Shown: one piece after another, positions 19,575 through 28,020 of the stretch
Position numbering within the stretch: the stretch's first letter is position 1
How the letters are laid out: each line of letters starts with the position of its first letter
NCBI GenBank assembly: GCA_021163505.1
Contig: JAGGVE010000041.1
Span: 1-48,434, forward strand
DNA length: 48,434 nucleotides
Direction: 5' to 3'
Source: Candidatus Iainarchaeum sp.
GTDB taxonomy: Archaea; Iainarchaeota; Iainarchaeia; Iainarchaeales; DTGL01
Position numbers and translations under genes: made by a program
Notes under the pieces: generated by a model
Databases searched by the model: none
What the model saw: only the letters and a program-made list of their open reading frames with translations
Told to the model about the DNA's origin: nothing

Positions 19575-19588
19575 TTTTTTGTGTTTTT
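19575..19588 (+). terminator. Oligo-T tract (TTTTTTGTGTTTTT) immediately after the 18354..19571 stop
   Basis: Archaeal intrinsic terminators are oligo-T runs. This one starts 4 nt after the TAA. Confidence 0.4.
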
Positions 19589-19597
19589 CATCGGAAC

Positions 19598-19635
19598 CTA
19601 ACTGAGCGAGCATTTTAAAGCGCTTTTTCAGTTAG
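19598..19635. promoter_or_regulatory. 8-bp inverted repeat (CTAACTGA ... TCAGTTAG) enclosing the TATA-like TTTTAAAG of the DHH/RecJ-like gene
   Basis: Arms at 19598-19605 and 19628-19635. The TATA-like box at 19613-19620 is about 25 nt upstream of the ATG at 19645, implying a leaderless or short-leader mRNA. Confidence 0.35.
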
Positions 19636-19641
19636 TTAATT

Positions 19642-21048
19642 TTGATGAGCTCGCAGAAGATAGGAGAATTAAATGCAAAAGCTAAGAAACTTGCAGAGAG
19701 AGTAAAAGCGGAGCAGAGCATAGCGGTGATTCACCACTATGATGCGGATGGCATAGCGAGCGGAGCAATAATTGGTAAGGCATTGCAAAGAGCTGATAAA
19801 GAAGTGAGCTTCAAAGGGATGAAGCAGCTCTATTCTGAAACAATTGAAGAATTAAGGAACTTAGCTGACTTTTTCATTTTCGTTGATTTTGGCTCATCCT
19901 ATATTGCAGAGCTTAATGAAGCGCTTGAAGACAACTATATTGTTATAGATCACCATCAACCCAAAACTTCAAACCAGAAGAATTTCCTAAATTGCTGTCA
20001 CTATAATATAGATGGCTCTTTTGAAGCAAGCGGCTCAACGCTAGCCTATATTGTTGCGAAGCATTTGGGCAATAACTATGATTTAAGCAGCTTAGCAATT
20101 GTTGGTTCTGTTGGGGATATGCAGGATTCAAGCGGCAAGCTTTTAGGTTTAAATCGCGCTGTTCTTGAAGAAGCCATAAAGCACAAGCTTGTTGAGGCCC
20201 GAAGAGATTTAAGGCTCTATGGCAGAATCACAAGGCCTTTGGTGCAGTTTTTGGCATATTCGACAGACCCGATAATTCCAATGCTTACAGGCAGTGAGGA
20301 GAATTGCCTGCGCTTTTTGCGCAGCAAAGGTTTTGAGTTGAAAAGAAATGAACACTGGCTCAGCTATGAAGAACTAAGCTATGAAGAGCGCAAGCGCTTG
20401 GTAACAGAACTTATTTTGCATTTAGATTCATTCAATGTTCCTGAATGGAAAATTGCCAGGCTCATTGGCGAGGTCTATACCTTGCTTAAAGAACCTTATG
20501 GGACCCCATTAAGAGATGCTAAAGAATATGCTACTTTGCTAAATGCTTGCGGGCGCAATGATGCGATAGAAGTTGCTTTAGCTGTTTGTTTAGGCGACCG
20601 CGACTTGGAGCTTTCAAAAGCGCTTAGTATTTTAGCGGAGCACAGGAAAAAGCTAAGGGAAGGAATCCAGCTTATGATAGAAGAAGGCGTTTCCGAACGA
20701 GAAAGCTTTTATTACTTCAACGCTGGCTCAAGAATAAAGGATTCTTTAATTGGTGTTGTTGCAGGCATGCTCTATGGTAGCGGAGCAGTACTGCCTACAA
20801 AGCCAATAATTGCGCTAGCAATGCAGGAGGATGGCTTCATAAAGGTAAGTGCTCGCGCTACACAAGAGTTGGCAAGAGCAGGCATCAATTTAGGTAAGGC
20901 GCTGCAGGAATGCTGTGCAGAGCTCAATAGCAAAGCTGAAGGTGGTGGCCATGTAATTGCAGCAGGCTGTCGCATAGAAGAAAATGAATTGGAAGAATTC
21001 CTCAAAAAATTGGATAAAAAACTAAAGGAGCAACTAGCAGGAAATTAA
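19642..21048 (+). CDS. DHH/DHHA1 phosphoesterase, archaeal RecJ/GAN (Cdc45-like) family
   Basis: 468 aa. Motifs 'VIHHYDADGIASG', 'VIDHHQP' (DHH) and C-terminal 'GGGHVIAAG' (DHHA1). Confidence 0.8.
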   Translation: MMSSQKIGELNAKAKKLAERVKAEQSIAVIHHYDADGIASGAIIGKALQRADKEVSFKGMKQLYSETIEELRNLADFFIFVDFGSSYIAELNEALEDNYIVIDHHQPKTSNQKNFLNCCHYNIDGSFEASGSTLAYIVAKHLGNNYDLSSLAIVGSVGDMQDSSGKLLGLNRAVLEEAIKHKLVEARRDLRLYGRITRPLVQFLAYSTDPIIPMLTGSEENCLRFLRSKGFELKRNEHWLSYEELSYEERKRLVTELILHLDSFNVPEWKIARLIGEVYTLLKEPYGTPLRDAKEYATLLNACGRNDAIEVALAVCLGDRDLELSKALSILAEHRKKLREGIQLMIEEGVSERESFYYFNAGSRIKDSLIGVVAGMLYGSGAVLPTKPIIALAMQEDGFIKVSARATQELARAGINLGKALQECCAELNSKAEGGGHVIAAGCRIEENELEEFLKKLDKKLKEQLAGN

Positions 21049-21059
21049 TTATACATAAC
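21049..21059 (+). repeat. Exact copy of recurrent 11-mer TTATACATAAC
   Basis: Starts 1 nt after the TAA of the DHH gene. Same 11-mer as at 42845, 47286 and (reverse) 47857. Confidence 0.5.
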
Positions 21060-21126
21060 ACTATTCTTTAAAAGATATTGAGCACACTTTTTTATTGCTT
21101 TTCACTTATTCTTTTTGTGATTCTCT

Positions 21127-22185
21127 ATGGATATAATGCAGCTCATTAAAAGCAGGAAAAAGCTAATAGATAAAGAGATTGAAAGGGTATTTCCACGCAA
21201 CTGCACAAAATGGCTCAGCCTTGCTTTAGGAAAGCCTCGCTACTGCTTCGACAAGGAAACCATTCAACAAAGCATGGTTGACCAAATCTGGGAGTTTTTA
21301 GATCGCGGGGGCAAACGCTGGAGGCCTGCCTTGATGATCTCTGCATGCAAGGCTTGCGGAGGCTCTGAAAGAAAAGCGTTGCGTTTTGCTCCATTTGTTG
21401 AGCTAATCCATGAAGGCACTTTGCTTGTGGATGATGTTGAGGATAATGCTGATGTGCGGAGAGGCAAACCAGCTATGCATAAAATTTATGGAATTGATTC
21501 AGCTGTAAATAATGGCAACGCAATGTACTTTATCCCTTTAGCAATTCTATATAAAAACATAAACAAACTCACCAAAGAACAGCTCTTGCAGATATACAAC
21601 CTTTACGCTGAGGAAATGCTGAGGCTTAGTGTTGGACAAGCAATGGACATTCACTGGCATAAAGGCGCTAAGCTGAAAATAAGTGAAAAAGCGTATTTGC
21701 AGATGTGCGCATACAAAACAGGCGTGCTTGCAAGACTCGCCGCAAAGCTCGGTGCAATCCTTGCAAACGCAAACAAAAAGCAGATAGAAGCGCTTGGCAA
21801 ATTCGGCGAATGCTTGGGTGTAGCATTTCAGATACAGGACGATATTCTAAATATTGCTCCTAAGAGCAAAAAATGGGGGAAGGAAATAGGTGAAGATATA
21901 AGTGAAGGCAAGCGCACCCTGCTTGTAATAAAAGCTCTGCAAAGCTTACCAGAAAAAGAAGCAAAAGAGTTGCTCGCGATATTAAACTCTCACACAAAGG
22001 ATAAGCGAAAGATCAGAAAAGCGATTGCATTGATAAAGAAATCTGGAGCAATAGAATACGCTCGCGGTAAAGCGAAGCGCATAGTGAAAAACGCTTGGAG
22101 CGAACTTGAAAAGCTACTTCCAGAAAGCAAAGGTAAAGAAGAGCTAAGGGCATTCGCGAGCTTTGCGGTTGAACGCGATATATAA
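21127..22185 (+). CDS. idsA: Geranylgeranyl diphosphate synthase (trans-prenyltransferase), eukaryote-like type III
   Basis: 352 aa. First Asp-rich motif 'LLVDDVEDNADVRRGKP', second 'FQIQDDILN'. 'GQAMDIHW' and 'EDISEGKRTL' parallel animal/fungal GGPS1 blocks recalled from memory. Confidence 0.86.
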   Translation: MDIMQLIKSRKKLIDKEIERVFPRNCTKWLSLALGKPRYCFDKETIQQSMVDQIWEFLDRGGKRWRPALMISACKACGGSERKALRFAPFVELIHEGTLLVDDVEDNADVRRGKPAMHKIYGIDSAVNNGNAMYFIPLAILYKNINKLTKEQLLQIYNLYAEEMLRLSVGQAMDIHWHKGAKLKISEKAYLQMCAYKTGVLARLAAKLGAILANANKKQIEALGKFGECLGVAFQIQDDILNIAPKSKKWGKEIGEDISEGKRTLLVIKALQSLPEKEAKELLAILNSHTKDKRKIRKAIALIKKSGAIEYARGKAKRIVKNAWSELEKLLPESKGKEELRAFASFAVERDI

Positions 22186-22196
22186 TATTACTTAAC

Positions 22197-23210
22197 TTAC
22201 TCAATAATATCTATTACATCAAGTTCTTTGCATTCGCATTTAATGCCTAAAAGCTCTGCTATGCTTGGCTTGGTTCTTCCATCATCGCCAGAAACAAATT
22301 CCTTTATATAAAGCCCTGCCTCAGCTCTTATTTTTAGCTCTATTGTGTTAGAATCCTTTTTCTTCGCTTCAATTATCTTTGCTTTCTTTTCCCTCACAAT
22401 ATCGGCGCGCCTATTCAATACTCTCTGCGGAGTTCTCTGCCTGACATTATATTCAGCAAGCAGTTCTTTTAGCTCCTCATCGCTTACCTCTTTTCCACAA
22501 ACAATAAGCGCTGAGTACACCTTATCATTCCTTTTCCCTTTAATTTCTCTTATTTTTTCTTTCTCACAATATTGTAAGCCGATAACCTCTATTTTCCCTT
22601 TTTCGGCTTTATTTATTTTCTTTTCAAGCTTTTTCAAATCAACGCTTCTCTTCCTTGGTTCTATTATTTCAAGGACAAATTCTCTGCCTGGTCCAAGCAT
22701 TCTAACATCTTTATCCTCGCGGCCAGCGCCATGCAGCTTTGCGTATTTTGCGAAAAACATCGGCAAAGCATGCTTTGCAATTAGCTCTTCGACAGATTCT
22801 TCGCTAAGTACGCCCTTATAGTTACAATAGGCACAGCCCTTTCCCTTGCATTTAAAGCAGTAATATTTTGTTTGGGGCAACCCACGAACATATTTTTTAT
22901 ATCTTCCGTAGATATAAATAGAGCGAACAATAAAATACACCAAATCCTGATTGAAATTCACCAGTATTTCAATATCAGCATTTGAGTAATCTGCTTTAAC
23001 CCCTAATTCTTCCTCAAGCCTTCTCACTAGAATCGGCTGGAACTTCTTTTTTAGCATTTTTTTGCCTTCATCGCTCAGGTAGTCCTCAAAGGTACATCCG
23101 ACAAGAAACCCTTTGAATTCATAGCTTTTCAATGCTTTACTTATTCTTTCCGCTAGCTGCTCTACCAGCTCGTGGTTAAACCCTCTAAATTCAAAAGAGA
23201 CCGGCTGCAT
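22197..23210 (-). CDS. pus10: tRNA pseudouridine(54/55) synthase Pus10
   Basis: Catalytic block 'HGAGREDKDVRMLGPGREFVLEI' and Cys cluster 'CFKCKGKGCAYC'. The ORF track start is 23243; the Met at 23210 ('MQPVSFEF') is more plausible. Shorter than typical Pus10. Confidence 0.72.
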   Translation of the reverse strand: MQPVSFEFRGFNHELVEQLAERISKALKSYEFKGFLVGCTFEDYLSDEGKKMLKKKFQPILVRRLEEELGVKADYSNADIEILVNFNQDLVYFIVRSIYIYGRYKKYVRGLPQTKYYCFKCKGKGCAYCNYKGVLSEESVEELIAKHALPMFFAKYAKLHGAGREDKDVRMLGPGREFVLEIIEPRKRSVDLKKLEKKINKAEKGKIEVIGLQYCEKEKIREIKGKRNDKVYSALIVCGKEVSDEELKELLAEYNVRQRTPQRVLNRRADIVREKKAKIIEAKKKDSNTIELKIRAEAGLYIKEFVSGDDGRTKPSIAELLGIKCECKELDVIDIIE

Positions 23211-23305
23211 GGGAAAATAAAAATAGGAAATGGTTAAAATCACTTGCTATGTTTTAAAAATCGTTGAACACTCGTTCTTTTTCTTAAGAAAGAATAATAA
23301 AGTGT

Positions 23306-25957
23306 TCAATGATTTTTTATAGCTGCTTGTGCTGCCGCTAACCTAGCGATTGGAACTCTGTACGGAGAACAGCTAACATAGTCTAAGCCAACCTTGTGGC
23401 AGAACTCTATACTTGCTGGGTTACCACCGTGCTCACCGCAGATTCCAAGTTCCAAGCTCTTATTTGCAGCTCTTCCTTTTTGTATTGCGATCTTCATTAG
23501 TTCGCCAACGCCTGCTGTATCAAGCTGTGCAAATGGATTTGCTTCAAGAATTCCCTGCTCAATATACTGCGGCAAAAACTTCGCTTCTGCGTCATCGCGA
23601 GAGAAACCAAAGGTTGTCTGCGTTAGGTCATTGGTGCCGAATGAGAAGAATTCTGCATGCTTAGCGATTTCATCAGCCACTACGCACGCTCTTGGCAGTT
23701 CAATCATAGTGCCGATTTTGTATTCTACTTTTTTACCTTCTTTTTCCATTATCTCACTAGCTTTCTTTTCCACTATCGCGCGCATCTTTTCGAGCTCCTT
23801 AGCTATGCCCACTAGCGGAATCATTATCTGGAGCTTTACGTCAACACCTTCATTCATCGCTTTTATAGCAGCCTCAATTATTGCCTGCACCTGCATTTCA
23901 TATATCTCTGGAAAAGTTAAGCCAAGGCGCACACCTCTGTGCCCAAGCATCGGGTTTGCTTCTGCAAGCGAGCGAGCTTTCTTAAGGATCTGTGCTTTTT
24001 CTTCAATCTCTTTTTCTAGGTTTACTTTCTCTTTGCATTGCTTGCACTCTAAATCCCGTATTTCCTCTGCAAGCACTTCTTTATTTGGCAGAAATTCGTG
24101 CAAAGGCGGATCCAAAAGCCTTATAGTTACTGGCAAACCATCCATAACTTTGAATATCTCGTAGAAGTCCTGCCTCTGCATTTTGAGCAACTTTGCCAAC
24201 GCCTTTTTGCGTTCATCTTCACTTTCAGCCATTATCATCTCATGCACTATTGGCACTCTTTCCTTTGCCATAAACATATGTTCTGTTCTGCATAGGCCAA
24301 TTCCCTCTGCACCGAACTCACGGGCTTTAGCTGAATCTACTGGGTTATCAGCGTTGGTTTTTACACCAAGCTTCCTTATGCTGTCTGCCCAGCCCAACAA
24401 GGTTTTTATATCCTTGCCCATCTTTGGCTCAATCATCGGTGCTTGTCCAAGAATTACATTGCCAGACGTTCCATCAATAGTAAGCCAGTCGAATTCCTTT
24501 ATTACAATACTACCAACTTTAGCTTGCTTCTTTTCCAAATCTATTTGCAATGCTTCACAGCCAGCAACACAAGGCTTGCCCATTCCTCTTGCGACAACTG
24601 CAGCATGGCTTGTCATTCCGCCTCGCGATGTAAGCACGCCCTGTGCAGCTATTACTCCATGTATGTCCTCAGGCGTTGTTTCAGGCCTTACTAAGATTAC
24701 TTTCTCCTTTTCATTAGCCATTGCCTCAGCAACGTCAGCATCAAATACTACTTTACCACAGGCAGCCCCTGGACTTGCAGGCAAACCCTTAGCTATAACA
24801 TCTAACTTTGCATTTGGGTCAATTTGTTTGTGCAATAGTTGGTTTAGTTGTTCTGGCGTAACTCTCATTATTGCCTCATTCTTATCTATGAGTCCCTCTT
24901 TAGTCATTTCTACTGCTATACGTACTGCAGCCATAGCTGTTCTCTTTCCAGTTCGTGTTTGGAGCATATAGAGCTTGCCATCTTCAATTGTGAATTCAAA
25001 GTCCTGCATATCCTTATAATGCTCCTCAAGCTTCTTCGCTATTTTTTCCAGTTCTTCATAAGCTTCTGGCATTTCTTTAGCGAGCTCTTTTATAGGCTTT
25101 GGAGTTCTAATTCCAGCAACAACGTCTTCGCCTTGTGCAGAAAGTAAGTACTCGCCGTAAAGCCCATTCTCGCCTGTGGAAGGGTTTCTTGTGAATGCAA
25201 CGCCAGTGCCTGATTTTTCGTTCTTGTTTCCGTATACCATCATCTGTATATTTACTGCAGTACCCATATCATCAGGCAAGCCATGCAGCTTTCTATAAGT
25301 AATCGCTCTCTTATTGTTCCAGGAGTTAAAAACAGCGTCTATTGCCTGAAACAGCTGCTCGAACACATCTTCCGGGAATTCCTCGCCAGCCTCTTTTTTG
25401 TATATCTCCTTGAACTCTTCCACTATTGCTTTCATATCATTAGCATCTAACTCAGAATCAAACTTAACTCCTTTTTCCTCTTTTTTCTTCTCCAAAACAG
25501 AGTCAAACTTTCTTTGGTCAATGCCCTTTACTATTTCTCCAAACATCTGAATGAGTCTTCTGTAAAGGTCGTAAGCAAAACGCTCGTTGTTTGTTTCTTC
25601 AATAATAGCTTTCATCGTTTCTTCATTTAGGCCTAGGTTAAGTATTGTATCCATCATCCCAGGCATTGATACAGGAGCGCCGCTACGCACAGATACAAGC
25701 AACGCTGGCTTTCCGCCAAACTTGCGTTTTGCTTTCGCTTCAACCTTCTTAAGCGCTTCCAATACCTGCTCCTTTAGGCCTTCGGGATACTTGCCATTAT
25801 TTTCCAAAAAATGAATGCATGCTTTGGTTGTTATTGTAAAACCAGGCGGAACAGGCAATCCTAATTTTGCCATCTCCGCCAAATTGGCCCCTTTTCCTCC
25901 GAGCAGCCCTTTCATCTCTTTTGAACCTTCTTCAAAAAGATATACATATTTTTCCAT
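23306..25957 (-). CDS. ppdK: Pyruvate, phosphate dikinase
   Basis: 883 aa. Phosphohistidine loop 'GGMTSHAAVVARGMGKPCV' and C-terminal 'GICGEHGGNP'. Strong SD (GGAGGGTGAG) upstream. Confidence 0.95.
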   Translation of the reverse strand: MEKYVYLFEEGSKEMKGLLGGKGANLAEMAKLGLPVPPGFTITTKACIHFLENNGKYPEGLKEQVLEALKKVEAKAKRKFGGKPALLVSVRSGAPVSMPGMMDTILNLGLNEETMKAIIEETNNERFAYDLYRRLIQMFGEIVKGIDQRKFDSVLEKKKEEKGVKFDSELDANDMKAIVEEFKEIYKKEAGEEFPEDVFEQLFQAIDAVFNSWNNKRAITYRKLHGLPDDMGTAVNIQMMVYGNKNEKSGTGVAFTRNPSTGENGLYGEYLLSAQGEDVVAGIRTPKPIKELAKEMPEAYEELEKIAKKLEEHYKDMQDFEFTIEDGKLYMLQTRTGKRTAMAAVRIAVEMTKEGLIDKNEAIMRVTPEQLNQLLHKQIDPNAKLDVIAKGLPASPGAACGKVVFDADVAEAMANEKEKVILVRPETTPEDIHGVIAAQGVLTSRGGMTSHAAVVARGMGKPCVAGCEALQIDLEKKQAKVGSIVIKEFDWLTIDGTSGNVILGQAPMIEPKMGKDIKTLLGWADSIRKLGVKTNADNPVDSAKAREFGAEGIGLCRTEHMFMAKERVPIVHEMIMAESEDERKKALAKLLKMQRQDFYEIFKVMDGLPVTIRLLDPPLHEFLPNKEVLAEEIRDLECKQCKEKVNLEKEIEEKAQILKKARSLAEANPMLGHRGVRLGLTFPEIYEMQVQAIIEAAIKAMNEGVDVKLQIMIPLVGIAKELEKMRAIVEKKASEIMEKEGKKVEYKIGTMIELPRACVVADEIAKHAEFFSFGTNDLTQTTFGFSRDDAEAKFLPQYIEQGILEANPFAQLDTAGVGELMKIAIQKGRAANKSLELGICGEHGGNPASIEFCHKVGLDYVSCSPYRVPIARLAAAQAAIKNH

Positions 25958-26053
25958 ATTCTCACCCTCCCCCCAAAATTTAAGAAAGAAAAATATAAAA
26001 TAAAGTAATTAAAGTCTGTGGTGCGATAAAGTTAAATTTGTTAAGCAAAGGTT

Positions 26054-26842
26054 TTAAGGCAGATATTTTAATCCTATTTTGTGTAGCCAGAAGCTAAGCC
26101 TATCCAGTAGCACATTTTCACGTTCTTCTATTTGCTCGCCAACCAGCTTAGCAGCTAAGCGTTTGAATTGCACGCTTGCTTTTGCTTTAGGCCTGAAATG
26201 CACTACTGGGTGATTATAGGCAAAGGACTCATGGACTGCTTTATCCTCCGTTATTGTGCCAATTACAGGCGCTTCCACTATATTCTCTATTTCGCCAATC
26301 GGCAATTGTGGCAACGAAGCATTATACCTATTTACAACAACGCCAAGAACCTTTCGCTTCAATGAACGCGCTAAACGCACCGCTCTTAAAGCATCTATTA
26401 CTGCAGGCAACTCCGGATTTGTTACAACCATTACATAGTTGCTAGCAAGCATTGCCATACGCGCTTCCTCATCCAAGCCAGCGCCAGCATCTACCAGCAC
26501 TAAATCGGCCTTATCTTTCAGCTGCTTTATCATGTCAAATGCTCTTTCATAATCACTTGTTAAATCAGCCAAGCTTAAGCTACAAGTGACAAGTTTAACT
26601 CCTGATTCATGTGTCAGTATTGCTTGTTCCAAACTTAGTTCATCTTTAAGCACATTATTTATTGTCCTTTCAGCAGGTAAGTAACCTAAATATAACGCAG
26701 CGGTTGGGCTTGTAACATTTCCCTCAACAACAATACAGCTGTAACCTAATTTATGCAGAGCGCTTGCAATATTCAGAGCAACAGTTGTTTTTCCAACACC
26801 GCCTTTTCCAGACACTATTGAAATAACTTCTCCCATAAGCAT
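26054..26842 (-). CDS. minD: MinD/ParA-family P-loop ATPase (archaeal MinD type)
   Basis: 262 aa. Deviant Walker A 'SGKGGVGKTT' and Walker B-like 'DLVLVDAGAG'. Confidence 0.83.
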   Translation of the reverse strand: MLMGEVISIVSGKGGVGKTTVALNIASALHKLGYSCIVVEGNVTSPTAALYLGYLPAERTINNVLKDELSLEQAILTHESGVKLVTCSLSLADLTSDYERAFDMIKQLKDKADLVLVDAGAGLDEEARMAMLASNYVMVVTNPELPAVIDALRAVRLARSLKRKVLGVVVNRYNASLPQLPIGEIENIVEAPVIGTITEDKAVHESFAYNHPVVHFRPKAKASVQFKRLAAKLVGEQIEERENVLLDRLSFWLHKIGLKYLP

Positions 26843-27027
26843 TCACCCATGTTTAGTCCAATAGAAATATGCTTTTCTTATTTTTATTTCTTTTGCCTCT
26901 TCGTTGCTGTCAAGTTATTTGGGTTCCAGGTATTTCCAATGCAGGCATTTGGCATATGCAAAATTTCCTTAGCCTACTCTTGATATCATCTCTCCAAGCG
27001 ATTTTTAACCCCTTCGCTCTATTTAAT

Positions 27028-27933
27028 CTACCTCATAAGTTCATTTAGCGTATGCATTATCTTATTATAACGCTCTACTATTGCCGGTTCTCTTTCATGC
27101 TCGGCAAACCATGCACCGCCTTTAAAATGCTTTTTTCCAACTTCTCCTGAAACCCAATACTTTACAGGATCACCGAGCTTCACTATTCTGCCTTTTTCCA
27201 TTTGTTCTATTGCCACAGCCTCCCTTAATTTTCCTCCTTTAACTGGGAGCTCCAAATGAAGCAAAATCCAGTTTTTTTCTGGGTAGAAGTCCAGTATTTT
27301 TATTCCCACTTGCTTTGCCCTTCTGATAGCCCTGGCAAGGGAAACAATGTTTTCATAACCAAAATGCCTTGTCACGTCCCGCATTCCTATATGAAATGTG
27401 CGCCAGTCGTATTTTCTCTTTATTGCTCTTTCGACTTTGGGATTTCTTTGTCTTTTTTTATGTTCTCCCTGAATTTTTCGCATGGCGCTTTCAAAAAACA
27501 CCTCAAAAAGCGAGTCCAATTCAGTGTTTCTAACGTAATCTAAATACGCCCTCTGATTTGCCACCCAAGGTTCTTTTCTTTCAAGGCCCCTGAGCTTAGG
27601 CTCTTTTTTGACATGTTCAATTAACAACCTTTCAACATCTGTAAGAGGTAAAGCAAGCGACCTAGGGATGCCTTCTCTATTTGCAACAGTTGCCCCCTCT
27701 CTTCGTATGCTTCGTATCAACTCTGCTCTTTGTGCTAATCTTCTTTTAAATAAGTTGTAAGCGTCCTCGCCAATTGCGCCTTTCCTATATGCGGTTTCTA
27801 CTGCATTAGAAAGTTTCGTTATCAATTCCTCGCTCCTAGCCCGCTCAATCTTATTTTCTAACTCTCTAAACACGCGGCCTCTTACCTTTGTTGTATAGCT
27901 ATGCTTCTTTGGCGGTTTTTTGGGTTTTGGCAT
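27028..27933 (-). CDS. Hypothetical protein with basic N-terminus 'MPKPKKPPKK'
   Basis: 301-aa ORF with SD (AAAGGAGAG) 3 nt upstream. I recognise no family motif. Confidence 0.55.
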   Translation of the reverse strand: MPKPKKPPKKHSYTTKVRGRVFRELENKIERARSEELITKLSNAVETAYRKGAIGEDAYNLFKRRLAQRAELIRSIRREGATVANREGIPRSLALPLTDVERLLIEHVKKEPKLRGLERKEPWVANQRAYLDYVRNTELDSLFEVFFESAMRKIQGEHKKRQRNPKVERAIKRKYDWRTFHIGMRDVTRHFGYENIVSLARAIRRAKQVGIKILDFYPEKNWILLHLELPVKGGKLREAVAIEQMEKGRIVKLGDPVKYWVSGEVGKKHFKGGAWFAEHEREPAIVERYNKIMHTLNELMR

Positions 27934-28020
27934 GTGCTCTCCTTTATCTTTTTATGTTACTAAATTAATATTCAATCAATTATAAAAATACTATTAAACA
28001 AACAAAAAAGAAAAACAAAA

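Noticed and set aside
23394-24971. Long plus-strand ORFs (256 aa, 262 aa and several 60-100 aa) antisense to ppdK
   Set aside because: They lie wholly inside a very well-supported 883-aa PPDK gene. Their translations are Ser/Pro/Ala/Ile-rich low complexity with no motifs. They are typical shadow ORFs of a long gene.
25958-25985. G-run (CCCTCCCCCC on the plus strand) upstream of ppdK as a possible G-quadruplex or regulatory element
   Set aside because: There are only two usable G-tracts. On the coding strand it reads GGGGGGAGGGTGAG immediately before the ATG, so it is most simply an extended Shine-Dalgarno sequence.
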